A stretch of 64,000 bases of DNA. It comes from Raillietiella orientalis. Its lineage: Eukaryota. Both the position numbers and the translations under genes were made by a program. Shown here in pieces: positions 22,390 to 35,249 of the stretch. Numbering within the stretch: position 1 is the first letter of the stretch; every line of letters begins with the position of its first letter. Where the stretch lies: contig JAYWIR010000001.1 of the NCBI GenBank assembly GCA_036172245.1, positions 10,168,001-10,232,000 on the forward strand, written 5' to 3'. The notes beneath the pieces were generated by a model, which was not told the DNA's origin, did not search any database, and saw only the letters and a program-made list of their open reading frames with translations.

Positions 22390-25300
22390 TGCTTGGCCTC
22401 AGAGGGCCGCCTGAAGACCAGCAGCAACGCTGTTGTCTGCTGCAGCCCATATGCAGAGGAACGGATACCAGCAGTCCTTCTCGGAACTGGGAAAAGACCA
22501 GAGATTCCTTCTCTCAGCCCTGCAGCCGTACAAGTTGCCTCGTCGCCCGGATGGTCTTCCATCCATCTGGAGACGGTCCACCGAAAAGCGCGGTCGCTGT
22601 AATCGCGCAGGGATTAGGCTATACGCCGGGATGTGTGTGCCGTACTGATGAGTTTCGTGTTTTGGGGTAGCACCCCACCTTCCAAGTTTGGAGCGCTTCG
22701 CCACACCCCATGTAGCTACTTAGAGTAGCTCGGTGTCCTGCAAAGTCATCGGACGGTTCCTTTCGATGGCTTCCATTTTCTTCGAATCTCCACTTCCGAT
22801 ATAGCACTTGCCAAGAAGCTGAGCAGCAACGCCCTCTTCTTTTGATCATTGGCATTTTGATCTTCGTCAAAAGGCCGAGAACAGATCTTCTTCATCCTCG
22901 TAAGGCAGGTGCTTCAACATGCACCGGAGCAGAAATCAACAACCGGCCAGCCCAACCTGTCGCTGTTCTTGCTGCTGCTGCCGTTTTCTTTTCTAGTAAA
23001 TCCGCGAGACCACAAGTGGTCACTAGAAGAGCGTCTCACGCCCGGCGGGGCGAAGCCTCGCCATTAGCAAGGGTTGCGTTTCGAGTCCCGGACGACCTTG
23101 AAGAATCCAGCTCGCGAGAGGAGTCGGACTGTGTTCTTGGACCGCGTGCTCTGCGCTCTATCCGGACGGAGGCTGGACAGCGCCGATCCTTCAAGCGTGC
23201 AAGGAAGGTTGAAGCGGAAGGATCCGTGACTGCCTTGCTCGGGAAAGTGGGAAGCCCGAGAGGAGAGAAGACGTGATACTCAGCTTCTTCCGATTCAGGA
23301 CTACCCGTGGCAGCGACTCGTGGAACGATCAAGAACGTACCTGCTACAGCACAAAGGTGGCCTTTGGGAAAGTAAGGAGGGAGAGGGGGTCCCATCCTTC
23401 CTTCCGAGTGATGACTTGGATAAACCATGCGTCCCGGCATCTCTCTTTCGGAAATACACGGAAACCGCAACGTCCACCCGATGCTGGGATATTTTGGCAG
23501 GCTCCAGGTTGAAATCTTAGGGTGCGTTCCAGGGGAAGAGCCTTCCTCCCCTCCGCTCTTTCCTAGTCGCAAAGATTGCATGATTTGAATTTTGAACCAG
23601 GAGCCGGGAGTACTGGGCTCTCAGCAAGCAGCTGTTTCCGCATTGTTTGGGAGATGCCGGAATCCGCATCCGAATCTGTCAATTTCAGTGAGCGGAGCGG
23701 TTCGCGAGGAAATCCAAGTCGTTTGGAGCAAAAGGAATTGTTTTCGGGTGATGTCGGCGTTTCTGAGAGAGACCAAGAGGCTGCGAAGAGCTCGTGCACC
23801 AAGTCAGGTGGCCCGACGAGGGAAAGAAGAAAAACCTGCAGTCGGTCAAACAGGAGGTCCGTCCAGAAGATCCAATCTTACTTTCGGTACTTGGATTGCA
23901 CCATTGCTGCAGGGATTCAAGATCGACTGGACCACATCCAAAGGTCTTTTCCGTGGAACCCTACTTCACATCACGGTTTTCGTGATCTCTCTGGAGGATT
24001 TGCTGCTACCACCAAGACAACTGCGCTGACGGCGGCTTCAGGCGTATTCGCAGCCAAACCCTTCAGCAAGCACTTTGTCGTCCTCCAGCGGCGGGACTCC
24101 GGAAAACAGGGTCGGCTCCACCCCAACGGTTGGGTGCGGTTTCGGCGCTCGAACGCGACCCATCTCCTAGACCGTTTGCTCCGGCAGTGGAATCGCTGCC
24201 GATGCTGCTTGGCAGATTGCTACTTCCATGGCCACCGTACCGCTGTCTATAGCAACCAACATCTTCCATGGGATCTAATAGGCTCACGCGTCGGGCGGCG
24301 TATCCCCCCAAGTTTGGTTCATCTCACAAAGTTAGCTGTACTTACCAAAATGGGCCTAGCACCTAGCTTTACCGTTCAAGCAGGGGGATCCCCGACCCAC
24401 TCAAGGATGGGTCAAGGTCATCTCGGCTCCTGATGATTCTCTTCGTCGCAGCAGACCTCCCTTTTTCCTTCGGATTCGAAAGGTGTTAGATGCTCTGAGG
24501 GGAACTTCGCAGGGAAGCCTCTTCGCAGGGGTCAGGTGCCCTCTGTGGATCCTCTTCCACCGCCCATTCTCCTGCGACCAACTCGCACGCCAGGATGGCT
24601 GTGCACCACTTCCAGAATCTCCTCCGATTTCGCCCTGGTCAGGAATAGTTCATCATCTTTTGGGTCCCAGCAAATTCCTCCGCAAAATTGGAGACGATGG
24701 AAGGAGAGCAAAGAAGAGATTCCTCCTCTATTCCTAGAAGAGATTTGCCTATTCCTCCTCTTTTCTTCCAGAGGAGTGCCGGCGTTGCTTCAAGCGTCAG
24801 TGATTGGACGAAGAGCAGATGATACTTTCCAGCAAACGTCATGGCCGAGGCGAATTCCGCACACGTCTTCTGCACCATCAACAGTTCCAACTGGATGCAA
24901 CACCGTTTTCCTGGACATAGTGGGTAAGTAGAGAACGTTTGGGTGTAAAGTCACGTTATAGCACTCTTCGCCGACATCCTGGAATCTAAATGGTATTTTT
25001 CAAAGGGTTGATGAACAGGAATTTGTCTATGTACTTCGGAACTTACGTCTGGAAGGAGATTTGTGGAGCGACGCGGAATCGGCGATAAGGAGACCCAGGT
25101 GAAGCCATGGTCAGGTCTTTTAATACTTAGCGTAGGAAGCCGAATGCCATGCGCTTGCAGCAGCCGCGGACCCCAAAGACGGACTTCCCCTGAATTCACT
25201 CGACTCGACATTGCAGCTGCTGCACTGGACGATCCCATTCAATGCACGAGTCCACCACTGTACAGGAGGGAGTGAGGTCCCAGACTGGGTCAGGTGCGAA

Positions 25301-25898
25301 AACGGGAAACATTTTCAAACCTGTTGTTGAGTTGTGCTGCCCTCCTGAGTGTCTGAGAACGCTTCGCTGCGGCTCTCCCACTCCCAATGGGCAACGGCAG
25401 GGAGGACTTACGATGTTTCTTCGAGAGCGACTCGATGTCGCCTGCAGCTTCCTGCCTCGCAGTCCTCTGCTTCCTTCGTGGGGCGGAAAGCCGCGCCAAA
25501 AGAGGCCAGCCAAATGATGAAGTCATCTCAATCGCCTGCTCTTTCATGAGGAAGGCGACAAAATGGCCATATCTCTGTCAACAAAGGGAGAAAGCTAATG
25601 GCATCTTTCGGAGGATGTTTCCTCCTTTTGAAATCTGTAATCCTTTCCCCCGTCCCAAAACATTTTTTTAAACTGAACTCTTGTGCTTTTTGTTGTTTTG
25701 TTTTTGTTAATCTCTTCCTTTACTTCTCCTGTGCGAATCTCATCGGGGGATATGCTCACGAGAAGCAGGGCTTCTGAGACATCTCCCTTCGCAGTGGTGA
25801 TGTGAATCCACTACGAGGGAAAACATTTCTATATTCTATGTGACTTTTTTTTGTAAATATTTTTTTTACAATAAATGCCTCGACGTAAGGGAGTGAAA
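22390..25898 (+). mobile_element. Near full-length but decayed L1/Tx1-like ORF2 with 3' UTR
   Basis: In order: APE-like start 'LGLRG..QQRCCLL', 'LIIGIL' (GDFN position, ~22845), RT 'KQGDP' (24378), 'KVISAPDD' (YADD position, 24414), 'SVIGR', CCHC-like 'RETFSNLLLSCAAL' (~25305), 'RKATKWPYL' (25549), terminal aataaatgcctcgacgtaagggagtgaaa (25870-25898). Confidence 0.7.
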
Positions 25899-25929
25899 TG
25901 AAGATGGACTTTCCTCACTGGATGCAGCG

Positions 25930-27070
25930 TGCAGCAGATCATCAGGTCACTTCGAGATCCGGACCCATGCCTGCCCTTGGGTTTGCCATTGGGAAGGGTG
26001 CCTCGTCGTTCTTCCTACTGTACTGAGTGTCCCTTCAGAGTGCGTGGGCCTGCCGTGGGAAGTGAATATGAGCTGCGGTCTTCAACAGGATTCCTCCTTG
26101 TCCCGTTTCTTCACCTCCGACCGTGCGATGATGAGTGGTGCATTAGAAGAAGAAAATTCTTGCCACTCTGTCATCTCTGCCAGCCTTCAACTCTCTGTAT
26201 GCTCCCTGAGGATGAATCGAAGTGTTCAATGGGATCAGCATTTTTCGCATTCCTCTGCTCGCAACCATGCCACCCTAGAGAGGGTTGTTGTTGTTTTTTT
26301 TGATTTTCTTCCCAGGCATCAAGGAGGAACTTCGGTAACCACGGATTTTCCTTTCGCTTTGCCTAAACTTCTCGGCTTGAGGCAATCCGAAGTTCCTCCT
26401 TGGAACTGAATCGAAGCACTCGTCTGGGCCTTGGAGTGCACCGGACCTCCTATGAACACAATGATGTCTAGAAGCTGGGAGCAGCGTCAGCAGTCGCGGG
26501 AAAACGGAGCCGTCGCAACGAAGCGCTTCTGCTCAGAGCAAGTCGAGAAACCCTGGAGCCGTCAAACGGTCCCCCTGCACGAGCGCACTTTGCAGAGGGA
26601 TACTGGAAAGAGGGAGCTAGCGGTTGGGCTCCCGTTTCCTCCCAGCGTGAAGTGGGATGCTCAGTCAGGGAACCATGAGGTGGTTGCGCGGCATCCGTCC
26701 GCGCAGATACAGACGGCGCTAGAAGATTGCGCAGGAAACTGGCTCCTGCTCGTGCGGGATGCGACTCCTCTAAATGGTTAGTGACACCTCAAGGTCGAAG
26801 GCGGCTATTGGAGAGCCCCGCTCGGTCAGTCTCTTCAACTTCATGGTGACCTCACCTCATTCAGGAAATCATTGGCTGTTTAAACCGTTCTTCATCCTCT
26901 CCCTGCTAGCTAGATACGTGCTCGGAAAGTGCCAGAAAAGGGGCATAATCTTTGAATCTTCCATATCCAGAAACGGGAACAGGACAGAGGGATGCATCCT
27001 GAGGTCTTTCGGATACTGGCAGCAGGTCCGAGAGTCCGTTACCGAGCGGCAGAGATGCCCTTCGACTTGA
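25930..27070 (+). mobile_element. L1-like ORF2 C-terminal half remnant
   Basis: 'PLGLPLG' (YLGLPL-like, ORF 25929..26303) and 'ILSLLARYVLGKCQKRGIIF' (like W..RN..IF, ORF 26774..27070). Confidence 0.5.
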
Positions 27071-28279
27071 ACGGCTTGCAACTCAAGCATTCGCTCTTGC
27101 GAAAGGACAGTCACGAACCCAGAAAGCCGAAAAACCTTCGCTAGCGCGTGATCCACCCGCCAGAACCTCCGGAGCGAGGATGAGTCTCCACCTCGCGACG
27201 GTGGCCAGGGCGCCAAGCACTCGCGCTGGAAAGGCTAAGCTCCCTGCCCTTCCCGGAATCGAAAGTGACTGAGCGGGAGTACGCTTGAAAGCCCCGACCG
27301 GAAGCGTGTCTAGAGGGAGCAGGTCTTCCCTAGCCGCAGAGCTCACGCTTCCCTTAGGAAACACACCGCTGGGAAATGGGATTTTTCTCAGTTGAATGCT
27401 TCGCTGTCGCTGCCCCTAAGACAATGTCGGCAAGAGGCCAGCGATGGGAGATTGGAATCGATAAGAATCGCATCCTCGAGGTAATTGGTCAGTGTCTCCC
27501 GCTTCCGGATCAGTTCGCGATGCTCCGGGTGATGGTGCATGGAATCCCGGCTGTTTCGTTGCTTTCAAGGCACGACGAAAATTGAGTGAGGAGGAGGAAG
27601 GGTAAGAAGAAAGGAAGGAAGGAAGGTGGAGGAGAAGGAGGAGAAAGGGAGATTGTCTTCCATCTGTCTCCCGAGGATAAGAGGGAATGCACACGCGCGT
27701 TGGGGACGGGAGCCACTTTCCTTCAAAAAGAAAAAAGGAGGAAAAATCCATCTCAGCAGTCTAGGATGTCCAACCGCTGTCTCAATCGAAGGAGAATCCA
27801 AGAGGACGAGGAGAAGGGGTGAGGAGGAAAAAATTCATTTCGGCTGCGGTGCTCCCGTCTTTAAGCTCCCAGGTTTGCCCCAGAAAAAAAAAAAAATCCT
27901 TAAGAATCCTGCCGGAATCGAAGAAGGATTTGCAGCAACCCATACTTCGTCCTCAGGATAACGGGCCCGGATTCCCCAAAACTGCGGTCTGCAGTATTCC
28001 TGACGAGTGACCATCAGAGATAAAGAGATTCGAAGATCTCCAGATACCTTTCTGAGATCGCTTTGCAAAGGGAAACGGCCGGGGACGGGACGGGGACGAG
28101 GAGAATAAATTCTCTAGGAGACATCTTGAGGAACAGGTAAACGGAGCTAGGGCGGCAGCGGATTGCGGCCGGACAGACGGCAAAGCCAAGGAGCTGGGGG
28201 AGCCTGCGTGGAGGGCAAGGGATTGCGTTTCGGAAGTCGCGACCCGTATTGGCAACTTATAGCGATGGTCCAGCCTCAT

Positions 28280-28530
28280 ATATCAAGCTTGACTGGAGTC
28301 GGATCTTAAGTTGGGAGCAACCAAGTCCGAAAGCATCTTTCCTGAAACAAGGAGGATGGAAGCCACCGGGGCCTACATAGCCTGGAAGCAAGTGGTCGCT
28401 GTAGGGGCAAAGCAGACGAACTGGAAGCGCGGTACTTGCACCTCCGCAGGGTCAGCGGCGAGTTCAAAATGAGGCTTGACTACGTCAGCCATCAAAAGGA
28501 AAACATTGGGTGGCGACGTTGCTTTACCGA
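28280..28530 (+). mobile_element. Possible RTE-like post-RT fragment
   Basis: 'LGATKSE...ETRRMEATGAYIAWKQV' resembles YLGS...EI..RI..A..AW..L. Confidence 0.25.
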
Positions 28531-28699
28531 TTCGGGAAGGCACGGGATGATTTGTCGCTTCTGCACTTTTCACATGTATGTGAAAAGCAGTAGTATCCAA
28601 GAGACTAGGGAAGAATAGATGTTGATTATGCCAGAAGGCTCCCGACTGAAATGCTCCCTTTATTCGAAAGCCCCAGGAACCGAAACGAACCAAAAAATC

Positions 28700-29040
28700 C
28701 CCGATTCGTTATGGGAGACCACTTTGTGAAAGCTTTTCCCCTGGCAGGATCTCTTCCTGGTGCAACCATTGTGTGCAGCTGCAAGGAATCCTGACTGCGC
28801 GGAGGGAGGCCTTTAGGGCATGCAAAGATTTGAAGCGCGAATGCTTTTCACTACGCAGTGCTGCGTAGCTGAATCCAGTGTCACAACGACTTGTCGTCTT
28901 AGGCTGGAAAATCCATCCACAGACATTTTTTGAATAGCTTTCACTCTGGTGTAAAGGACCCTGGCAGGGATTCGATTACAAGAGGCGAAAGTCCTCTCTC
29001 AGTTGCCAAGGACCCTGGGCAAGGATTTCATGCTACGAGG
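28700..29040 (+). pseudogene. Ankyrin-repeat-like remnant
   Basis: One frame, with stops, gives 'ANAFHYAVLR' (~28838) and 'TRGESPLSVAK' (~28978), matching G.TPLH.A. Confidence 0.45.
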
Positions 29041-29107
29041 TGATTAATGATTCTGCATACGCCTGATTCTTTCCCATTCTACGGATGTCTTGATTGTAGT
29101 GTGGATT
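28988..29107 (+). repeat. ~120 bp direct repeat, copy 1
   Basis: ctcagttgccaaggaccctgggcaaggatt...gaggtgattaatgattctgcat..gcctgattctttcccattctacg.atgtcttgatt.tagtgtgg recurs at 32524-32639. Confidence 0.95.
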
Positions 29108-31229
29108 TCTGTTTCAGTCATCCACTTTTCTTCAAAGCCGCTCTGCAGAAGAGGGAAAGACTAAGAGTGTAAGAATGAATGAATCCATTAGGATCATACG
29201 GTCGATCAAGATTTCCAAGAGAACAAGACTAGACATGTTTCTCATTCCAAGGCACTAACGGCATGATAACATTAGCGCAGACTTTATCCATCAGTTCCGA
29301 AATACACTGAATGAAGGATTTGCAGCAATTCATGTGCAGTGCCTCTTATGTTAATTCCTCCAGCAGCAAGTGGGATTTTACGAGCCCCTCGAAATGCGTG
29401 CAACCTACTAAGAATTTAGAATGGCAAGCAGATATCTTCAGCACGCAAGAAGCTACTGAAAAAGTACAAAGAAGACGACGTATTGCTCAAAGTTTGAGGT
29501 GATTACGAGACAATCCTCTTCAATAGAGAAAAAAGGGAACCTCAAGAGGAAGCCTTTGAAAAAATTCCCAGCAAACCATCCTGTTGTGCAGAACCACAGC
29601 AGCATCACGATCTCCAGCTCAGACAGCTCTGTTCCTCCTTCTCGCGACCAACGAAAAAGTGGAGATTCCTAGTTTGATAAACAGCTTCAGTGCGCAAGCA
29701 GCTGAGAGCTTCAACCGATTGAAGAAACATGGCCAAGTCACTCTCAAACCGGAATGGGTCTGACTTGGAGAGCTCAAGGCCATCAGGGACGACTCAAGTC
29801 TGGCTTCAGTTTTTCCAAACGTAGGAAAATCTCCTCCATACGAGCCATCAAGCCAGAATGCACCTTCCACACCTTTGTGTCAAAGGCCCGCGCATCGCGT
29901 CCGCTGCATCCGCTAATTCAAAACCATCCCAAGCACAATCTCCTTCATGGATCCTCATTCGGCATCCGACCCATTCGAAAATTTCACTGCATTTCTGCTT
30001 TTTTCCTTTTCTTCTTCTCTCTCAATTTTGGGGGAATTCAGAGTTTTCACTGCCGAAATCGATCGCGCCCAAATGCTTCCGTTTTTTTTTCCTGAGGAAC
30101 CGAAGGATCGATTTGCTGTTCCAAACGCTCTCGGTTTGCAGTTCCCATAAAAAGAACCACTTCTTCGCCATCCTGAATTTGCATTGCCCTCTCAGTGCCA
30201 AGGCTCCTTGACGATTTCGAGAGTATCAGGAGCTACAGATGTGATGTGCGCCTTATCCAGTTTCCGATATTTCTTACCATTAATTTTCGATTCACTCTCC
30301 TCGTAGAATTGTGTGCTCACGCACAACGCAGACTGTTATGTGCTTATGAAAATCCAAAACAGTGATGGCATTTTCTAAATGAAAGAACACCGTCGATTCT
30401 CTCTCGTAAGCCCCGGTCGCCTGCATCTGCCCAGACTTTGCTGAAGAGTTCTAACAGTAATTCGGAGCTCTTTTGCTGCTCCCTCGCATGAAACTTTAGC
30501 CTCTTTTTTTTTTTTTTATCATTTTGATTTGCTTGGTCCTGTGCCAGAAATTGGTTCCTTGATTTCCCAGATATCCCAGCATTTTACTCTAGCAGGTTCG
30601 GGATCATTTTAGTAGGATCTGAAAAACGACAACAACAACGAAAAGGATCGCTGTTTGCATTCTGCTCTCATGATGGTCTTTAACATTTTCAATGACAGGA
30701 ATACGATGAGAGGCCATGAGCATTTTTTTTTTTTCATCTATCTCAGAACACAGATGATTTTCGGATCTGAATGTGAAAAACATGTGGGAAAGGAATTTCT
30801 CACGTGCACCCACTTCCGATGCAATTCTTTGCATTCAACAGTCGTCACTAATTTAGAAAATTGGTTTGCAGCTTGGAATATTCCTCTGCCTTTTTTAAGG
30901 GACAAAAGTCCATCATTATCACTGCTGCCATGCTAGTAAACGACGATACACAATTTCATTTCAAAGGAATCTCACTCAACAAGAATTGGATCACCCTTAT
31001 CAGTTTTGTTTTTGGTCCACCATGAAGGAAGGCTCCCTCATGAGAGAAAGCTAGCCCTGCTCGACTTTCCACGAAAAGGAACCGAGTGCGAAGAGAATCC
31101 CGAAACACCTTCATGAGAAGACATGTTTTAGCAGCCTCCTCCAATTCATTTTTAGAAATCAGACGAAAGTTCAGACAGTTCTGGAAGTGTTTCAGACGGG
31201 GACAGGTGAGCCATATACAGTGAACACGC

Positions 31230-32370
31230 GCTAATCGTTCGAGCTTTGGTTTCCCAAAGGGTTCTCATGGCGACACGCCTGCATTCCCGTTGCGAAGAAC
31301 GCAGTTACTTGGTTCCGTCTTGGCTGCGCACTTGGGTGGAGGACATTCTTTTCAGAAATGAAGCAAAATTTGGATTCAGGGAATGCAACAGGAGTCAGGA
31401 TGCATAAGATGCACAACCAGGAATGGAAAGCATCAAAGTCTTCTGGGAGGCTGCTGAAAAATTCCCGTTGTCCTCGAAGCCATAGGAATCAGAAGGTAAG
31501 GACGGAATCGAAAGCGAAAGCGCACCGAAGGATTCCAATTCAGAAAAGAATTTCTGTGCTTTCCCAAATGAGAGCCCTCTATACATCGCACTTTCGTCAG
31601 ACTGTGTTCGTCAGGAATCCCTGGTGTCAAGGAAACTATGGCAATCGAAAATGAGCATTCTTTTCAAATGACCGTTGTTCGGCTCCGTTTCGAAATTTAT
31701 AGCAAGAAGGAATCCAATGATGAGTTTTGATTTTATTCATAGTGGATACTCTGCAAATCCCCCCAGTTAATGGGTTGGTTTGGAGGTGATTCCATTGTGT
31801 GGGCCCTCACAGGAGTCTCGATGCGGCAGCAGACAAAATGTCCTCTCTCATAGTGCAGAAATCCATCTGGACAAAGGAAGCCCTCAGTGATGGGCTTGAT
31901 CAAATTTCGGATGATCGGAGTTGGGACGATCGGCACCCCCTGAGATTCTCCGATATGAGGAGCCCGCCAAATGCACAGCTGCCTTCTTCTCTGAAGAATC
32001 TCCTTGGATACCTCCTACTGTCGATAGTCCGTTCATGAAGTGCGAGTGTGCTACAGAAGCAGTGCCAGCTACAAATGTCAGGGACGAATTCTTTTTATTT
32101 TAGCCTTTCTTAAAATAGCTGCGAAGATTTTTGAAGTAATTCAGAATCTTTTTCGCTTGTCTAATCCAAAATCTTCACTGGATTTTCTTGCAGCGTATAG
32201 AGGTCCCCGGTCTGTCTATAAATGCAGGAGTAATGCAGATTTTCTTCTCCAGATAGATTGCTACTTGCCTTCCACAGTGTGTGCAGTTTGGAGGAATTCA
32301 GTCTCTGAGAAAAAGAAAAGAAAAAAAGAAACTCTCTCTCATCGGATTCTGAATGGAGAGGAGGAATAGG
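31230..32370 (+). pseudogene. NACHT/STAND NTPase pseudogene (copy C)
   Basis: 'TVFV/GIPGVKETMAIE' (Walker A, 31601-31650), 'VVRLRF', 'LSDGLDQI' (Walker B, ORF 31799..32038), 'CYLPSTVCAVWR' (helical-domain P..C..W, ORF 32040..32369). Confidence 0.65.
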
Positions 32371-32523
32371 CGGAGAAAAAAAACTCATCTCGTAGCCTGC
32401 TCCCGCTTCCCTGGAAACGTGGTCTCGACCAAGTGATGCAAAAACCCAAAGTTTCAAGGCAGAAGAAAAGCTCATTAGAGGTCACATGAAACCCTTCGAA
32501 AGTAAGGAGAGAAGTTTCGAGAC

Positions 32524-32639
32524 AAAGTCCTTGCTCAGTTGCCAAGGACCCTGGGCAAGGATTAATGCGAGGTGATTAATGATTCTGCATATGCCTGATT
32601 CTTTCCCATTCTACGAATGTCTTGATTCTAGTGTGGTTT
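32524..32639 (+). repeat. ~120 bp direct repeat, copy 2
   Basis: Matches 28988-29107 with only a few substitutions and indels. Confidence 0.95.
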
Positions 32640-32999
32640 TGAATTTAATATTATAGTGAAAAATCTATAATGAATTCAAGGGACGAGAAGACCCTTTTAT
32701 GAGATCAAGAGAAAGTAGAAATTCACTTTCAAACGGAGCCATGCTAGTGTTGGCGACCTATTTTTGTCAGACCCCTACTAACCACTTACAACGAAACCAA
32801 TCAAGATCGGGTCACATGCCAGTTGTGATAACCTTTCTCTGAGCTTACTAATCGTCTCTTGCAGATTCAGACGATTGAAACTTGCAGCTAATCTTGCGAG
32901 TTTCAAATTTTCACACTTTTTTCATGAGCAACCTGACGCTGAGTGAGCGATAAGCACAACATTCACTTACTTGAGGGTGCTGAAGATATTCAAGAAAGT

Positions 33000-34980
33000 T
33001 CGCCAATAAGTCACCATCACAAGTCTTTTCATCCAGAGTTTAGCACAGGCTCCTGCGAAAAGGCAGACTAGAATTTTGAACCTTTGGATTGCAGCATCCA
33101 CTCTACATTCGGGTCTCAATGTGAGCATAGTTAAATTCCAGAGAACTCGAACAAGCCAAAAAAAAAAACACCCCCGATATCAATTTATGCAACTATTTTT
33201 GTTCACTTTCAGCATGAAAAATCTGCCCTTGAAATGATTGTATCCACGTTTCCATGTTTGTGACCTGACACAAAAACAAAACAAGCTGAAGATCAGGTCA
33301 ATTGAACAACAACGAGGTCAGGCGCGGCTCTTTTGCTCTTCTTGGGCGAACGCGAAATGCGTTCTTCGTCGCACCTTCACAGTCGTTCCTGGAAAACACT
33401 TGCTTAGGGGAAGAATCCGTCGAATTCGGTAACCAGGGAACGAACCCGAGTCTTTTCACAACATGCAGATTTTATATCCGAGCGAACTGCTAAGAGGAGG
33501 CCTAAATTGCTGTGAACGGTGCTCAGACAGAGCAATCAGCCATCGAAAAGAGAACTTTGAGAATGTCGGAGAACAATTCATCCAAAATTGGTGGACTCAT
33601 TGAAGAGCATCCCTCGGCCTGCACGTACGAATGATCGACACTACTTTTATTGCTCCATAAATCCATCATGTCGAAACGTTCGTTTAGAAAGATCGAAGAA
33701 CCTTTGACTCGCTGCACTGAAACCAAGGTCGTGAAGTCTTTTGCTCCATCGGAACGTCTCTTCATCTTGACCATCTTTCGATGCTTTCGAGTTGGATCTG
33801 CCTCGGGTTCAAAATTTCAGCTCATCATGCACTCTGATATTAATTCTTCGTTTTCATCATGTGCCATAATCTCGGAATCTCCTTTCGATCGAACTCTTTC
33901 CTGAAGTGTTTAAAAGACTAAAAAGCATAAGATCAGTTCAGCAAAGCTCTCAAGCTTCGTTGACAAGTGAGTTCTGCTCATCTTTTCTTCCATAAAAGAC
34001 ATTCACGTAGGAAGGAACTTGAAAACAGCTTTCTCTTGGGAAGATTTTTCCGGGGCAAAAGTTTTACAGTTCCCCCGTTTGAACAGACCAGGAAGTAAGG
34101 AGTTTCTGTAGTGGAATGGTTCTTATTCTGTGGACATGCGCCTTCGACGTTGATGGATTCGGAATTTCACGGAAAATGCTTTTTGCCTTGGAGAAGCAGG
34201 AAATCATTTTGTTATCCTTCTGTATCACAGCTCCTGGAGGTGACCACGGGACATTGATGTTCACTCTGTGATGTAGAGATTCCGGATCCGGCGAACTGCT
34301 ACCGCTAGCACTTGGTTCACATTCAGATTTCTGATCTCATCTGCTAACATCAGCGAATTCAAAATGTGTTCCTCAGATGCCACAGCGTCCCTCGTTAAGT
34401 ACGCTATGGGCATTTCGTCATCAGTATGGGGCAGACTCATGTGCTCAAGAACAGCAGCGCGTATGAAAACATCAGGCTGAAATATAAGTTCACGAAATGC
34501 AATGATTTTAGGTTGTTGCTCTTCAGTTGGTACGCTCCTCCTGTTGTTCGCTATTCAAAAATTCGATTCCACCATTTTCTTCCTTTGATTTCTATGACCT
34601 TGAGGACAAGGGGGCTCTTTCAGCAACTTCTCAGAAGACTAACATGTTTCCATGTTTTGCATTCTTGGCTGTGCATCTTGTGAGTTTTGGCCCTTGTTGC
34701 ATTTCTTTAATCTTCAGATCAGAGAAAGATTCTGTATTCGATTGCGGATTAAGATGCTCATGTCAAAACCAACGACAGAGGACAACGTTCGCGGAGTTTG
34801 CAAGACCCGCAGCTGCTTCCTGTTGCCTTCCAATCTGGGAATAACGGATCCGTTTCTAAGCACGTGGCCAGTGGGCATGCATGCTGCTGAGGAAAATTTG
34901 GAGGGAGAATAGGAGGACTTGAAAAAACTTTCGCTGAATCATGGAGGAATGTTTTTTCGAGTTTCTCGTTGCTTCTCACC
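33000..34980 (-). pseudogene. NACHT/STAND NTPase pseudogene (copy D), inverted paralog of copy C
   Basis: 34560-34705 is the reverse complement of 31380-31515; 'FAGSGISTS' (Walker A-like, 34270-34296), 'VVTSRS', 'RLGFV' and 'HFAFAQEEQ' (winged-helix F.F.H..QE-like, ~33330-33360). Confidence 0.55.
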
Positions 34981-35249
34981 TACCGTCGGTGTTAGCACAG
35001 CTTAATCCGTGCATCCTTCCCATCTTTTCAAGAGTTGGTCATTCAGGTTATAACTGAGATATTGAGCAAAAATGGAGCACAAAGAATGAAAACGAAACCG
35101 GAGGGCTCACTACCGAGAGGCACCCGGAGGAAATCAGCATGAAAAGTTGACAGCCGTGAGCTCTGTCGCCCATGTCATTTGTTCCTGAGAAATTCCAACG
35201 GAGGTCACTAACGCAACTAATGCTTGTTTCTGCTCCTCGGGAACTGCAG

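Noticed and set aside
23576-24433. 285 aa ORF as an intact CDS
   Set aside because: Lies inside a frameshifted LINE ORF2; the RT motifs (QGDP, YADD position) are out of this frame and degenerate.
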